A stretch of DNA of 40,000 bases, taken from assembly GCF_023920225.1 (NCBI RefSeq), contig NZ_CP092587.1, positions 3,025,709 through 3,065,708 on the forward strand, written 5' to 3'. Each line of letters starts with the position of its first letter. Within the stretch, counting starts at the first letter, position 1. Of the stretch, positions 28,783 through 36,590 are shown in pieces. Source of the stretch: Vibrio gazogenes (lineage in GTDB: Bacteria; Pseudomonadota; Gammaproteobacteria; Enterobacterales; Vibrionaceae). The position numbers and the translations under genes are program-made. The notes below the pieces were generated by a model. That model saw nothing but the letters and a program-made list of their open reading frames with translations. It was not told where the DNA came from and did no database searches.

Positions 28783-29430
28783 TTACCCTTTCAATACAGT
28801 CAGTTGTTTCACATCCAACGTATTGAGTCTGCGAAAAATTAACCGAGCCAGAATCACCATCACAATCACCGCAAAGATCGCGTCAATGGTGATACCGATT
28901 TCCAATAAGTGAGGTGCGCGATGTGCAACCAGCGCTAACATCAGCGATGAGCCATTCTCCATCAGGCAATAGCCGAATAACTGCTTGAGAATGTTTCTTT
29001 GCGTGATAATACAAAGCAGCCCAATAAAGAAATGCGCCAGCGATACGGCGAGAGCCGGTTTGAGTGTTTCAACCATCGGCAGTGCCACGGGCTGGATGAT
29101 ATAGAGACAGACCAGACTAATCACCACGACGAAAACAGCAATCAACGCCGGGTGAAACATGACCTTTTCCGCCTCTGCATCCCGCATTTTTCCTAACTGG
29201 ATATATAAAATCGTCGGTAACAAAACCACTTTCGAAATAAAAGCAGTCATCGACCAAAGGTACAAATCACTCGCGTCATAATGGTCAGCAATAACCACAA
29301 AGAGCAGTACCAACACCAAAGACTGACAGGCATATAGCCAAGATGCAGTTCTAGCCTGACGGGCAATCACCACAAAATAAGACGTGATGACTAACAATCC
29401 GGCAAGATTATTCATCATGAGATCATCCAT
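28783..29430 (-). CDS. hyfE: Small membrane subunit HyfE (NuoK-like repeat)
   Basis: The ORF-track start at 29463 overlaps hyfD. The ATG at 29430 is preceded by TAGGAG (hyfD stop plus SD) and gives ~215 aa, matching E. coli HyfE (~216 aa). The protein is wholly hydrophobic. Confidence 0.85.
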   Translation of the reverse strand: MDDLMMNNLAGLLVITSYFVVIARQARTASWLYACQSLVLVLLFVVIADHYDASDLYLWSMTAFISKVVLLPTILYIQLGKMRDAEAEKVMFHPALIAVFVVVISLVCLYIIQPVALPMVETLKPALAVSLAHFFIGLLCIITQRNILKQLFGYCLMENGSSLMLALVAHRAPHLLEIGITIDAIFAVIVMVILARLIFRRLNTLDVKQLTVLKG

Positions 29431-29440
29431 TATGCATCTC

Positions 29441-30880
29441 CTATTGAAGCCATGTTGAAGCAATCACACTCGATAGCACCGACATTGCGATTAATACAAC
29501 TAACGTTATTTTCATTGAACTGGGTAAGGGAGACATTCGCTCAACCGCTTCAGAAGGCTCACCGATAATAGTTCGGCCAAACCAATACAACAGCCAGCCA
29601 AATGTCGCGATAGACTCAACCAGCGCCAGAATCAACAGCGGCGTCAGCCAGGCATGTGTCGCAGAGAGATGGAATCCGGCCTCAAACAACGGAAATTTAC
29701 TGAAGAAGCCATTCAATGGCGGAACCCCTGCGATTGCCATGGCAGCGATACAAAACGCAACGCCTAATAACGGTGATTTACGAATCACCCCTTTCAGTTG
29801 AGGAAGCATTCGGGTGCCGCAGGCATAGCTGAATGAGCCCGCAACAAAGAAGAACAAACATTTGGCAAAGGCATGGTTGAAGATGTAAGCAACACCGCTT
29901 TCCAGTGCCAGAGATGATCCCATCGCCGCCATCGAAAGTGCCAGAAAAATGTAGGCTAACTGGGTGATCGTTGAGTAAGCCAACAACCGCTTCATATCTT
30001 TCTGCGGCAAGTACATCAAAAAACCGTAGATCATGGTGATCATCGCCCCGACGATCCCGACGATCCCGACAACTTCAGGAATCGTGCCGGCAGACAGAAT
30101 GCTGCGGGCAAAAATGTAAACACCGACTTTGACCATCGAAGCAGCATGCAAATAGGCACTAATCGGCGTCGGTGCATTCATCGCATCGGGAAGCCACATG
30201 TGCATCGGTAGTTGAGCCGATTTCCCCCACGCGGCAAACATGATGCCAAACAACACCACCATTTTGGCGATTGGGTTTAGCCCTGCAATTGCGGTCAGTT
30301 CAAACGTCCCCGCCTGAACAAACAGGGTCGCCGCAGCGATGAATAACCCCAATGAAGCAATATGAGTGACAATCAGGGCTTTCAGTGCCGAACGAAACGC
30401 CAACGGTGTCTGGTAATAACCGATCAGAGACCAAGAACAAGCCCCCGTAATTTCAAAGAACAGCAATTGCCCCAGAATGGTTGAAGAGAAGACCAGACCA
30501 GCCATAGCACCGATAAAGATCAGCAGAAACACATAATATCGTTTCGCGCCATGTTGTGCGTGTTCTTTGTTCCCGGCGCTCATATACCCCAGAGAATAGA
30601 ACGCAACGATCAGCCCTAACCCGACAACAGCCACGGCGATCAGGGTGCTGACTTTATCGAAAACCAGACCAAAAATCAGGACATGTCCTACATGCAACAG
30701 AGGCACCGAAACCGCTTCGCCACCTGTCGAGAAAAAGAGATAAGACAATCCCCATGTTCCCAATGTCGCCAATACTGCAAAAAACTGACAAATCCACTTT
30801 GCAGACTGCTCAGAGGCAAACAAGATGAGTATTGCCCCCAGAAAAGGAAGTCCAATAGTGAGTAATCCAATGATTTCCAT
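29441..30880 (-). CDS. hyfD: Antiporter-like membrane subunit (NuoM/L-like), HyfD
   Basis: 479 aa, the same length as E. coli HyfD, with long colinear identity as recalled (NREH..NRYY.FLL.FIGAMAGLV.SST.LGQLLFFEITG, WGKSAQLPM..WLPDAM.APTPISAYLHAASMVKVGVYIFAR, ending SSVIA.TWLQ). Confidence 0.93.
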   Translation of the reverse strand: MEIIGLLTIGLPFLGAILILFASEQSAKWICQFFAVLATLGTWGLSYLFFSTGGEAVSVPLLHVGHVLIFGLVFDKVSTLIAVAVVGLGLIVAFYSLGYMSAGNKEHAQHGAKRYYVFLLIFIGAMAGLVFSSTILGQLLFFEITGACSWSLIGYYQTPLAFRSALKALIVTHIASLGLFIAAATLFVQAGTFELTAIAGLNPIAKMVVLFGIMFAAWGKSAQLPMHMWLPDAMNAPTPISAYLHAASMVKVGVYIFARSILSAGTIPEVVGIVGIVGAMITMIYGFLMYLPQKDMKRLLAYSTITQLAYIFLALSMAAMGSSLALESGVAYIFNHAFAKCLFFFVAGSFSYACGTRMLPQLKGVIRKSPLLGVAFCIAAMAIAGVPPLNGFFSKFPLFEAGFHLSATHAWLTPLLILALVESIATFGWLLYWFGRTIIGEPSEAVERMSPLPSSMKITLVVLIAMSVLSSVIASTWLQ

Positions 30881-30891
30881 CGTTTAATACC

Positions 30892-31848
30892 TCACAATCG
30901 AATGATATAAAATGCGAGTGCCAGAACCGCACAAGCAAAGGCGGACCAGGTCAGCCGGTGAGTATTCAGAAAACGGACACGTGCCATACTGTTTTCAACC
31001 AATGCCGCCAGAAAGAACACCACGATGAGCTTGACCACCAGAATCACACCCGCGATCACCAAAGCAGTCAAAGTCAGTTCGGCAGCCTTTCCCCACGGAA
31101 AGAAAATCGCCAAGAATAGCTGAGCAACCACCAGTTGTTTCAGCCCCAGTCCCAACTTCACCATCGCTAATCCCGAACCGGAATATTCAGTCACCGGACC
31201 TTCCTGCAATTCTTGCTCGGCTTCGGCAGCATCGAACGGTAGTTTGCCCATTTCGATAAACACAGCAAAAGCACAGGCAACACCGGCCAGAACCACAGGA
31301 ATCGGTTGATTGAGAGTTTCAGTTAACATGCCCTGACTGATGTACCCCAAATCGGTCGAACCCACCATTAAAGCCATCAGAAAAATGGCCAGCATTAAAA
31401 CCGGCTCAACCAGAACCCCCAATGTGAGCTCACGACTACTACCGATACCACCAAACATGCTATTGGCATCAATCCCGGCTAAGGCAAAAAAGAACCGAAA
31501 AATCGCCAACAGATAGATATCCGTAATCACATCACCGGAGATCGGAAACGGCGACACTTGCGTCAGAGTCGGCAATGCCATCGCAATCAGTAACATCGTG
31601 ACGATCAGGATCCACGGCATCGCCCAGAAAATGCCGCCGGCATTCTCCGGAGCAACCGGCTGACGACGCAGTAACTTGGCGATATCCCGATAATCTTGTA
31701 GCAACCCCGGTCCGCGTCGGGAATGAATTCTGGCTCTGAGTACACGTGAAAATCCGGTGGCTAGCGGTGTCAAAAGCAGCATGAATAGAGCCTGACCAAA
31801 CGCAAGCACCATCCAGCTCATCTCAGGCATATGTAGTTCAGGCATCAT
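30892..31848 (-). CDS. hyfC: NuoH-like membrane subunit HyfC/HycD
   Basis: 318 aa with blocks HSRRGPG.LQDYRDI.KL, FRFFFALAG.D and EMGK.PFD.AEAEQELQEGP.TEYSG, matching E. coli HyfC as recalled. There is an ATGA overlap with the hyfB stop. Confidence 0.93.
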   Translation of the reverse strand: MMPELHMPEMSWMVLAFGQALFMLLLTPLATGFSRVLRARIHSRRGPGLLQDYRDIAKLLRRQPVAPENAGGIFWAMPWILIVTMLLIAMALPTLTQVSPFPISGDVITDIYLLAIFRFFFALAGIDANSMFGGIGSSRELTLGVLVEPVLMLAIFLMALMVGSTDLGYISQGMLTETLNQPIPVVLAGVACAFAVFIEMGKLPFDAAEAEQELQEGPVTEYSGSGLAMVKLGLGLKQLVVAQLFLAIFFPWGKAAELTLTALVIAGVILVVKLIVVFFLAALVENSMARVRFLNTHRLTWSAFACAVLALAFYIIRL

Positions 31849-33878
31849 TTCACTCCTGATTCAAACGGAATAATAAGTAACACAATCAGTGCTATCACAA
31901 TGTAGAGACAGTAGATTCGGAAATCTCCGCCCTGTAGCTTTCTCCCCCAGTCACCGAGCTTCAGCGCCGCATCACAACAAGGTCGAACTAAGAATCGGTC
32001 AAATACCGGCTCAACAGCCGCCGCTGAAATCGTCGCCTGCCGGTAGGTTCGTTTCATCCAGCCAGACGGGTCGAGCGAGATCCGCAAACGATAGATCGGT
32101 GAGAACATATAGCGCAGGGGTTGCGTAAATCCGCTCGCAGAAACCGTCATACGTTGTTCATAAGCATACCCACACGCCCATGGATGACCTTGATGACGCC
32201 GTTCGAGACGATGTTTCTTAAACAGAGACAAGACCAAAAACGGAACAATCAACAGGACAATCAAACTGATGGTAATGACCGGTGTCGAAAGAATGGCCTG
32301 CGTGGTTGAGACCGGATGAAGTGCCATTCCCTGCTGGACATCAATCGGGGTGATGGCCAGCGTGTTGGTGGCAACGTCAGAAATGTAAGGCGAAATCCAC
32401 GGAGAGCCGACACCGAGAATCATACACAGCAAAGCAAGAAATCCCGTGCCAACAAGCATCGACCATCCGACTTCTCGTGCCTGACTGCCTATTCTGGTTC
32501 GCGGCGCTCCGGTAAAACAGATACCATAGACTTTCACAAAACACATACATGCCAAAGCCCCGGTTATCGCCAGCATAACAACAGCGCCGAGTCCCGCGGT
32601 CACCATAAAGACATGATGTTGCTGACTCATTTGAAACAAAGATTGATAAATGAACCATTCACTGACAAAACCATTGAGTGGCGGTAATGCAGAAATCGCC
32701 ATGGTGCCAATCAAGAAAGTGATTGCGGTATAAGGCATCAGCTTGCCTAGCCCACCCATGCTTTCCATATCTTTGGTATGAACCTGAGAGATAACCGAGC
32801 CGGCACCAAGGAAAAGTAAGCCTTTGAACACAGCATGATTGAGCAGATGATAAAGCCCGCCCAGCAAACCTAAGGCCGCGAGAACCGGGTGACCGGATGC
32901 CGTCCCGATCATCGCCACACCAACGCCCATTAAGATAATCCCGACATTCTCCACGGTGTGGTAAGCGAGCAAGCGTTTGATATCATGCTCTGCCAGTGCA
33001 TACATGACGCCCAGCACAGAAGAGAAAGCGCCAAAGGCGAGCACCAGATATCCCCACCAGACTTCTGCACCACCGAGAAAAACAAGCCCGACTTTAATGA
33101 TGCCGAACACACCAATTTTGACCATCACACCGGACATCAGTGCCGATGCATGCGAAGGAGCGGCAGGGTGCGCCTGAGGTAACCAGCTATGTAACGTGAT
33201 CATGCCGGCTTTTGCCCCAAAACCAAAGAATGCCAGTAAGAAGATAACTGACGACTCCCACGCAGACAGGGACAGGTGGGAAAAATCGGTGAAATTGAGC
33301 GTTCCGGCGGCCCGGTAAAGCATAAAGAAGGCAATCATGATCAGCACAGAACCGGCATGGGCAATAAGAAAATACTGTAAGCCAGCACGAATACTTTTTT
33401 CACTCTGCTCAACCAACACCAGAAAGTAAGATGCCAGAGACATCATTTCAAAAAAGACGATGAAGTAAAATGCATTATCTGCCACAACTAACGCAACCAT
33501 CGACGCGACAAACAGATTAAGAAAAAGGCTGATCCCCCATGCCCCTTTGCCCTGATACTCTTTCATGTAATGTAAGCCGTATATAGAGGCAGCAATGACA
33601 ATCAGAGAAATAACCAGCACCATAAATGCCGCTAATCCGTCAAAACGAATGAGTAATTGCGCAAAAGGAAAAGGACTAAAAAGCTGTGCCTGCCACACCT
33701 GATGGCTGACCAGCGCATACCCAGCGCTGATCGCACCGATAATGCCACCAACTGTAGAACACAGACTTGCAAGAGAGACACAAAAAGATTCTCGTCGAGA
33801 ATTGCCAAACAAGGCCACGACACAGGCGATGAGATAACACCCCATCGATAAAGCCAACAGCGATAAAGGACTCATCAT
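31845..33878 (-). CDS. hyfB: Antiporter-like membrane subunit (NuoL-like), HyfB
   Basis: The ORF-track start at 33899 overlaps hyfA by 20 nt. The ATGATG at 33878 lies 6 nt after GGAGA, in the sequence GGAGAAATAAC-ATG, and gives ~677 aa against ~672 in E. coli. It has an NuoL/M/N family block (HSWLPQAHPAAPSHASALMSGVMVKIG, KRLLAYHTVENVG). Confidence 0.92.
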   Translation of the reverse strand: MMSPLSLLALSMGCYLIACVVALFGNSRRESFCVSLASLCSTVGGIIGAISAGYALVSHQVWQAQLFSPFPFAQLLIRFDGLAAFMVLVISLIVIAASIYGLHYMKEYQGKGAWGISLFLNLFVASMVALVVADNAFYFIVFFEMMSLASYFLVLVEQSEKSIRAGLQYFLIAHAGSVLIMIAFFMLYRAAGTLNFTDFSHLSLSAWESSVIFLLAFFGFGAKAGMITLHSWLPQAHPAAPSHASALMSGVMVKIGVFGIIKVGLVFLGGAEVWWGYLVLAFGAFSSVLGVMYALAEHDIKRLLAYHTVENVGIILMGVGVAMIGTASGHPVLAALGLLGGLYHLLNHAVFKGLLFLGAGSVISQVHTKDMESMGGLGKLMPYTAITFLIGTMAISALPPLNGFVSEWFIYQSLFQMSQQHHVFMVTAGLGAVVMLAITGALACMCFVKVYGICFTGAPRTRIGSQAREVGWSMLVGTGFLALLCMILGVGSPWISPYISDVATNTLAITPIDVQQGMALHPVSTTQAILSTPVITISLIVLLIVPFLVLSLFKKHRLERRHQGHPWACGYAYEQRMTVSASGFTQPLRYMFSPIYRLRISLDPSGWMKRTYRQATISAAAVEPVFDRFLVRPCCDAALKLGDWGRKLQGGDFRIYCLYIVIALIVLLIIPFESGVK

Positions 33879-33879
33879 G

Positions 33880-34485
33880 TTATTTCTCCATATCCACAAT
33901 CGGTGAGCTGTTGGCCGTCACTTCTCGCTTGAGCTTGCGGGCACGCTCCGTTGTATCATCACTCACCAACACAATTGCCTCGGTCGGACAGACTTCCATA
34001 CAGGCGGGTCCTTCCTCTCTGAATTCGCATAAGTCACATTTCACCGCGATACTTTTAACCCCCGGTTCCCAAGCCAAGAGATCATGCCCAAACGTTTGGG
34101 GCACAGAAGTCGATGGATTGCTGGAACGTGGTGTTGACGGTATATAAGTGTCATAACTATTGGCATGAGAAACCGGACGACTCCCATCCAGTGCAATCGC
34201 ACCAAACGGACAAGCCACCGCGCACAGTGTGCATCCGACACAAATGGATTCATTCAGAAAGATCCGATCAGCCTCTTTGGTGATTGCCTGTACCGGACAG
34301 ACCGTTGCGCACGGTGCATCTTCACAATGACGACACATGACCGGAACCGTTGTATCGTTATTTTTCACCACAGTCAGACGCGGGTGACTTTGCAATCCGA
34401 CTTTCTGGTGAACATCAGAACAGGCAGCCATGCATGTTTGACATCCGATACACTTCTTAGGATCGGCAACTACAAATTTTTTCAT
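33880..34485 (-). CDS. hyfA: 4x[4Fe-4S] ferredoxin subunit HyfA (HycB-like)
   Basis: 201 aa beginning MKKFVVADPKKCIGCQTCMAACSDVH, with CRHCEDAPC, CVGCTLCAVACPFGAI and VKCDLCEFREEGPACMEVCP, colinear with E. coli HyfA as recalled. The SD AGGGGA lies 5 nt upstream of the ATG. Confidence 0.9.
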   Translation of the reverse strand: MKKFVVADPKKCIGCQTCMAACSDVHQKVGLQSHPRLTVVKNNDTTVPVMCRHCEDAPCATVCPVQAITKEADRIFLNESICVGCTLCAVACPFGAIALDGSRPVSHANSYDTYIPSTPRSSNPSTSVPQTFGHDLLAWEPGVKSIAVKCDLCEFREEGPACMEVCPTEAIVLVSDDTTERARKLKREVTANSSPIVDMEK

Positions 34486-34520
34486 AGCATCCCCTGACAG
34501 CTAAATAATCAACTCAGGGG

Positions 34521-34535
34521 GCAATAACCATGCCA
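34521..34535 (-). promoter_or_regulatory. Candidate sigma-54 (-24/-12) promoter of the hyf operon
   Basis: The minus strand reads TGGCATGGTTATTGC, with GG-N10-GC spacing matching the consensus TGGCAC-N5-TTGCW. It lies ~36-50 nt upstream of the hyfA ATG. An IHF-consensus site and upstream repeats sit at the expected positions. Confidence 0.72.
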
Positions 34536-34565
34536 TTCGTATTGGTTTTATTTTTATCCATTAAA

Positions 34566-34578
34566 AATCAATACGTTA
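34566..34578. promoter_or_regulatory. Candidate IHF binding site between enhancer and sigma-54 promoter
   Basis: The plus strand reads AATCAATACGTTA, a full match to WATCAANNNNTTR. It is embedded in an AT-rich tract between the upstream repeats (34640-34660) and the -24/-12 element. Confidence 0.45.
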
Positions 34579-34639
34579 AAAACAAACAAGTTCTAAAACC
34601 CTCGATATCGCAAACAAATCATCCACCAAATTAATCATG

Positions 34640-34660
34640 CTCGACACTTCGTCTCGACAC
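34640..34660. promoter_or_regulatory. Two direct copies of CTCGACAC (minus strand GTGTCGAG) 13 bp apart, a candidate FhlA enhancer for hyf
   Basis: Copies lie at 34640-34647 and 34653-34660, ~115 bp upstream of the sigma-54 promoter. They share the GTGTCGA core with both arms of the palindrome at 22993-23027. Confidence 0.5.
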
Positions 34661-34693
34661 TATTGACGAAGCACGAGCAAACCGAAAATGGCA

Positions 34694-34723
34694 TAAAAAA
34701 AGAGGTTGGCATCGCCAACCTCT
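34694..34723 (-). terminator. Rho-independent terminator of lysC
   Basis: The minus strand reads AGAGGTTGGC-GAT-GCCAACCTCT, a perfect 10-bp stem with a 3-nt loop, followed directly by TTTTTTT. It starts ~33 nt after the lysC stop. Confidence 0.85.
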
Positions 34724-34755
34724 TGTGAATATTCTGACTTGTTTTCTCGATGGTT

Positions 34756-36117
34756 TTAGTCGTTGTCTTGCGGCTCAAACAGATCTTGATGCAGTTTCTG
34801 GATGACACTTTTTGCGTCGTCAGCATCAACAAGAAAACACAGATTATGATCACTGGCGCCATAACAAATCATACGCATGTTGTAATCGCCCAGCGTGCTG
34901 AAAACTTCTTTGGCATACCCCTTGGTCTCCATATGGTTCCCGATCAAAGCCACCAGACTCAGGTTTCGTTCGACTTCAATATGAGCGAGTTCTTCCAACT
35001 CTGCTCGGGCTGCCGCAGGAAGCTCTGGCGCACCACCAGCCGTGTCCGTTTTATCCAGCGTGATCGATACACTAATCTCTGACGTGGTAATCAAATCGAC
35101 TGAGATTTTATGCTTAGCCAGAATTTCAAAAACTTTGGCCAAAAAGCCATATGCGTGGAACATTTTAGCACTGCGAATCGTCACCATGGTTTGATTGGCC
35201 CGTAATGCCAGCGCCCGGAAATAAGGTGAGTTTTCAACGCGTTTCCGAATCCATGTGCCCCCCTTCTCCGGCTCTTTCGATGAACCGACAAAAACGGGAA
35301 TCCCATGCCGAAGCGCAGGCAGCAACGTTGAAGGATGCAAGATTTTTGCGCCAAAGTTCGCCATTTCTGAAGCTTCATTGAAGCTAATTTCAGGAATCGG
35401 CGCAGCATTAGGCACAATGCGTGGATCCGTGGTATAAATTCCGGGAACATCCGTCCAGATTTCCAGCCCGGATGCCTGAACCGCTTCTGCAATCAGTGCC
35501 GCTGAGTAGTCACTCCCACCGCGGCCCAACGTGGTTGTATTGCCCTGCTCATCGGAACCGATGAATCCCTGTGTCACCACCAGATGTTTTTTACACAATG
35601 GTGCCAGTTTCTCTTTCGCTTGCATGCCCGTGGCTTCGACTTGTGGTTCAGCCCTGCCATAGTAATCATCGGTGCGTAACACATCTCGAATATCAAATCT
35701 GACGGCATCGATACCCCGTTCTTTGAGAACTTGAGTCAAAATATGCGTCGAAATTAATTCACCACAGGCAACCAAATGGTCGGTCAGTTTATTACTGGTC
35801 TGAAACGATGCTGCGTCTGCCAGGCTCGTCACCGTGTCAAGAATAGCCTGAACCGCTTCTTTGACTGAATCTTGTTCTTGCAACGATTCAATAATTGAAA
35901 AATGGATATTAGCTAATTGTTCTAAGATAGAGGTACGTCTTTCTGTATCCTGAACACCGTTGGCAAGTTCAACCAGCAGATTTGTCACACCAGAGCAGGC
36001 ACTACTGACAACAAGCTTGGTGTCAGGATTACTTTCGATGACGGCAGCACAACGACTCATTGCTTCGAAGTTTGCCACGCTTGTTCCGCCAAATTTGGCG
36101 ACATTGAATGCACTCAC
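34756..36117 (-). CDS. lysC: Lysine-sensitive aspartokinase III
   Basis: Contains VAKFGGTSVANFEAM, the aspartokinase N-terminal motif, and C-terminal ACT domains. The preferred start is GTG at 36117, preceded by GGGAGA at 6-nt spacing, giving 453 aa against ~449 in E. coli. The ORF-track ATG at 36168 would add 17 residues with no homologue counterpart and would lie inside the leader. A lysine riboswitch lies upstream. Confidence 0.93.
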   Translation of the reverse strand: MSAFNVAKFGGTSVANFEAMSRCAAVIESNPDTKLVVSSACSGVTNLLVELANGVQDTERRTSILEQLANIHFSIIESLQEQDSVKEAVQAILDTVTSLADAASFQTSNKLTDHLVACGELISTHILTQVLKERGIDAVRFDIRDVLRTDDYYGRAEPQVEATGMQAKEKLAPLCKKHLVVTQGFIGSDEQGNTTTLGRGGSDYSAALIAEAVQASGLEIWTDVPGIYTTDPRIVPNAAPIPEISFNEASEMANFGAKILHPSTLLPALRHGIPVFVGSSKEPEKGGTWIRKRVENSPYFRALALRANQTMVTIRSAKMFHAYGFLAKVFEILAKHKISVDLITTSEISVSITLDKTDTAGGAPELPAAARAELEELAHIEVERNLSLVALIGNHMETKGYAKEVFSTLGDYNMRMICYGASDHNLCFLVDADDAKSVIQKLHQDLFEPQDND

Positions 36118-36232
36118 GGCATTTCTCCCACGACTTCCTAAAATAAAAATATTGTGTTGGGTAACCAACGTCCAATGTTCGAAGAGAGTATTTCTAGAGC
36201 AAAAATAGAGGCGATTCGATGAGAGTAGACCT

Positions 36233-36400
36233 CAGAAGCTCTTCATCAGTTAGCACTGATGACAGTTGACGGGATTCAGCCCATTCACCCGACAATCCAA
36301 ATCCACAACTCTGGACTGTCTCGGCACTACTCCCCCTGAATATTCTGTCTTGGAGTTGAGGCTCCACAGAATACCTGCCTGGGCAGTGCTCCTCTTCTGC
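36233..36400 (-). promoter_or_regulatory. Lysine riboswitch (L-box) aptamer in the lysC leader
   Basis: The minus strand reads CAGAAGAGGAGCACUGCCCAGG...GGAGCC...CAGGGGGAGUAGUGCCGAG...GGGCUGAAUCCC...CUGUCA...GAGCUUCUG. It contains the conserved L-box blocks I recall from E. coli and B. subtilis lysC leaders (AGAGGxGC, GGAGCC, GGGGGxxxxxGCCGAG, GGCUGAAUCCC, UGUCA). P1 is closed by CAGAAG/CUUCUG (36394-36399 with 36233-36238). Confidence 0.82.
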
Positions 36401-36414
36401 TTAATAGCTTAGGT

Positions 36415-36443
36415 ATTGAACGTTTTTGTCCTATCAATGTCAA
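36415..36443 (-). promoter_or_regulatory. Candidate sigma-70 promoter for the lysC leader
   Basis: The minus strand has TTGACA (36438-36443), a 17-nt spacer and TTCAAT (36415-36420). This would place the transcription start a few nt upstream of riboswitch P1. The -10 element is weak (4/6). Confidence 0.35.
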
Positions 36444-36590
36444 TGACAAATTGAATCAAGTAGGTCAATTTTTACCCAAATACTCAAATCGTAGAAAAAT
36501 ACACAACTAGACTTGTGTCGGATAGCTTTCCTTACGGATAAGCGTTAGCCTGATAACTTGCCGATCAGTGTCAATGAAAGGAGTCAGCTT

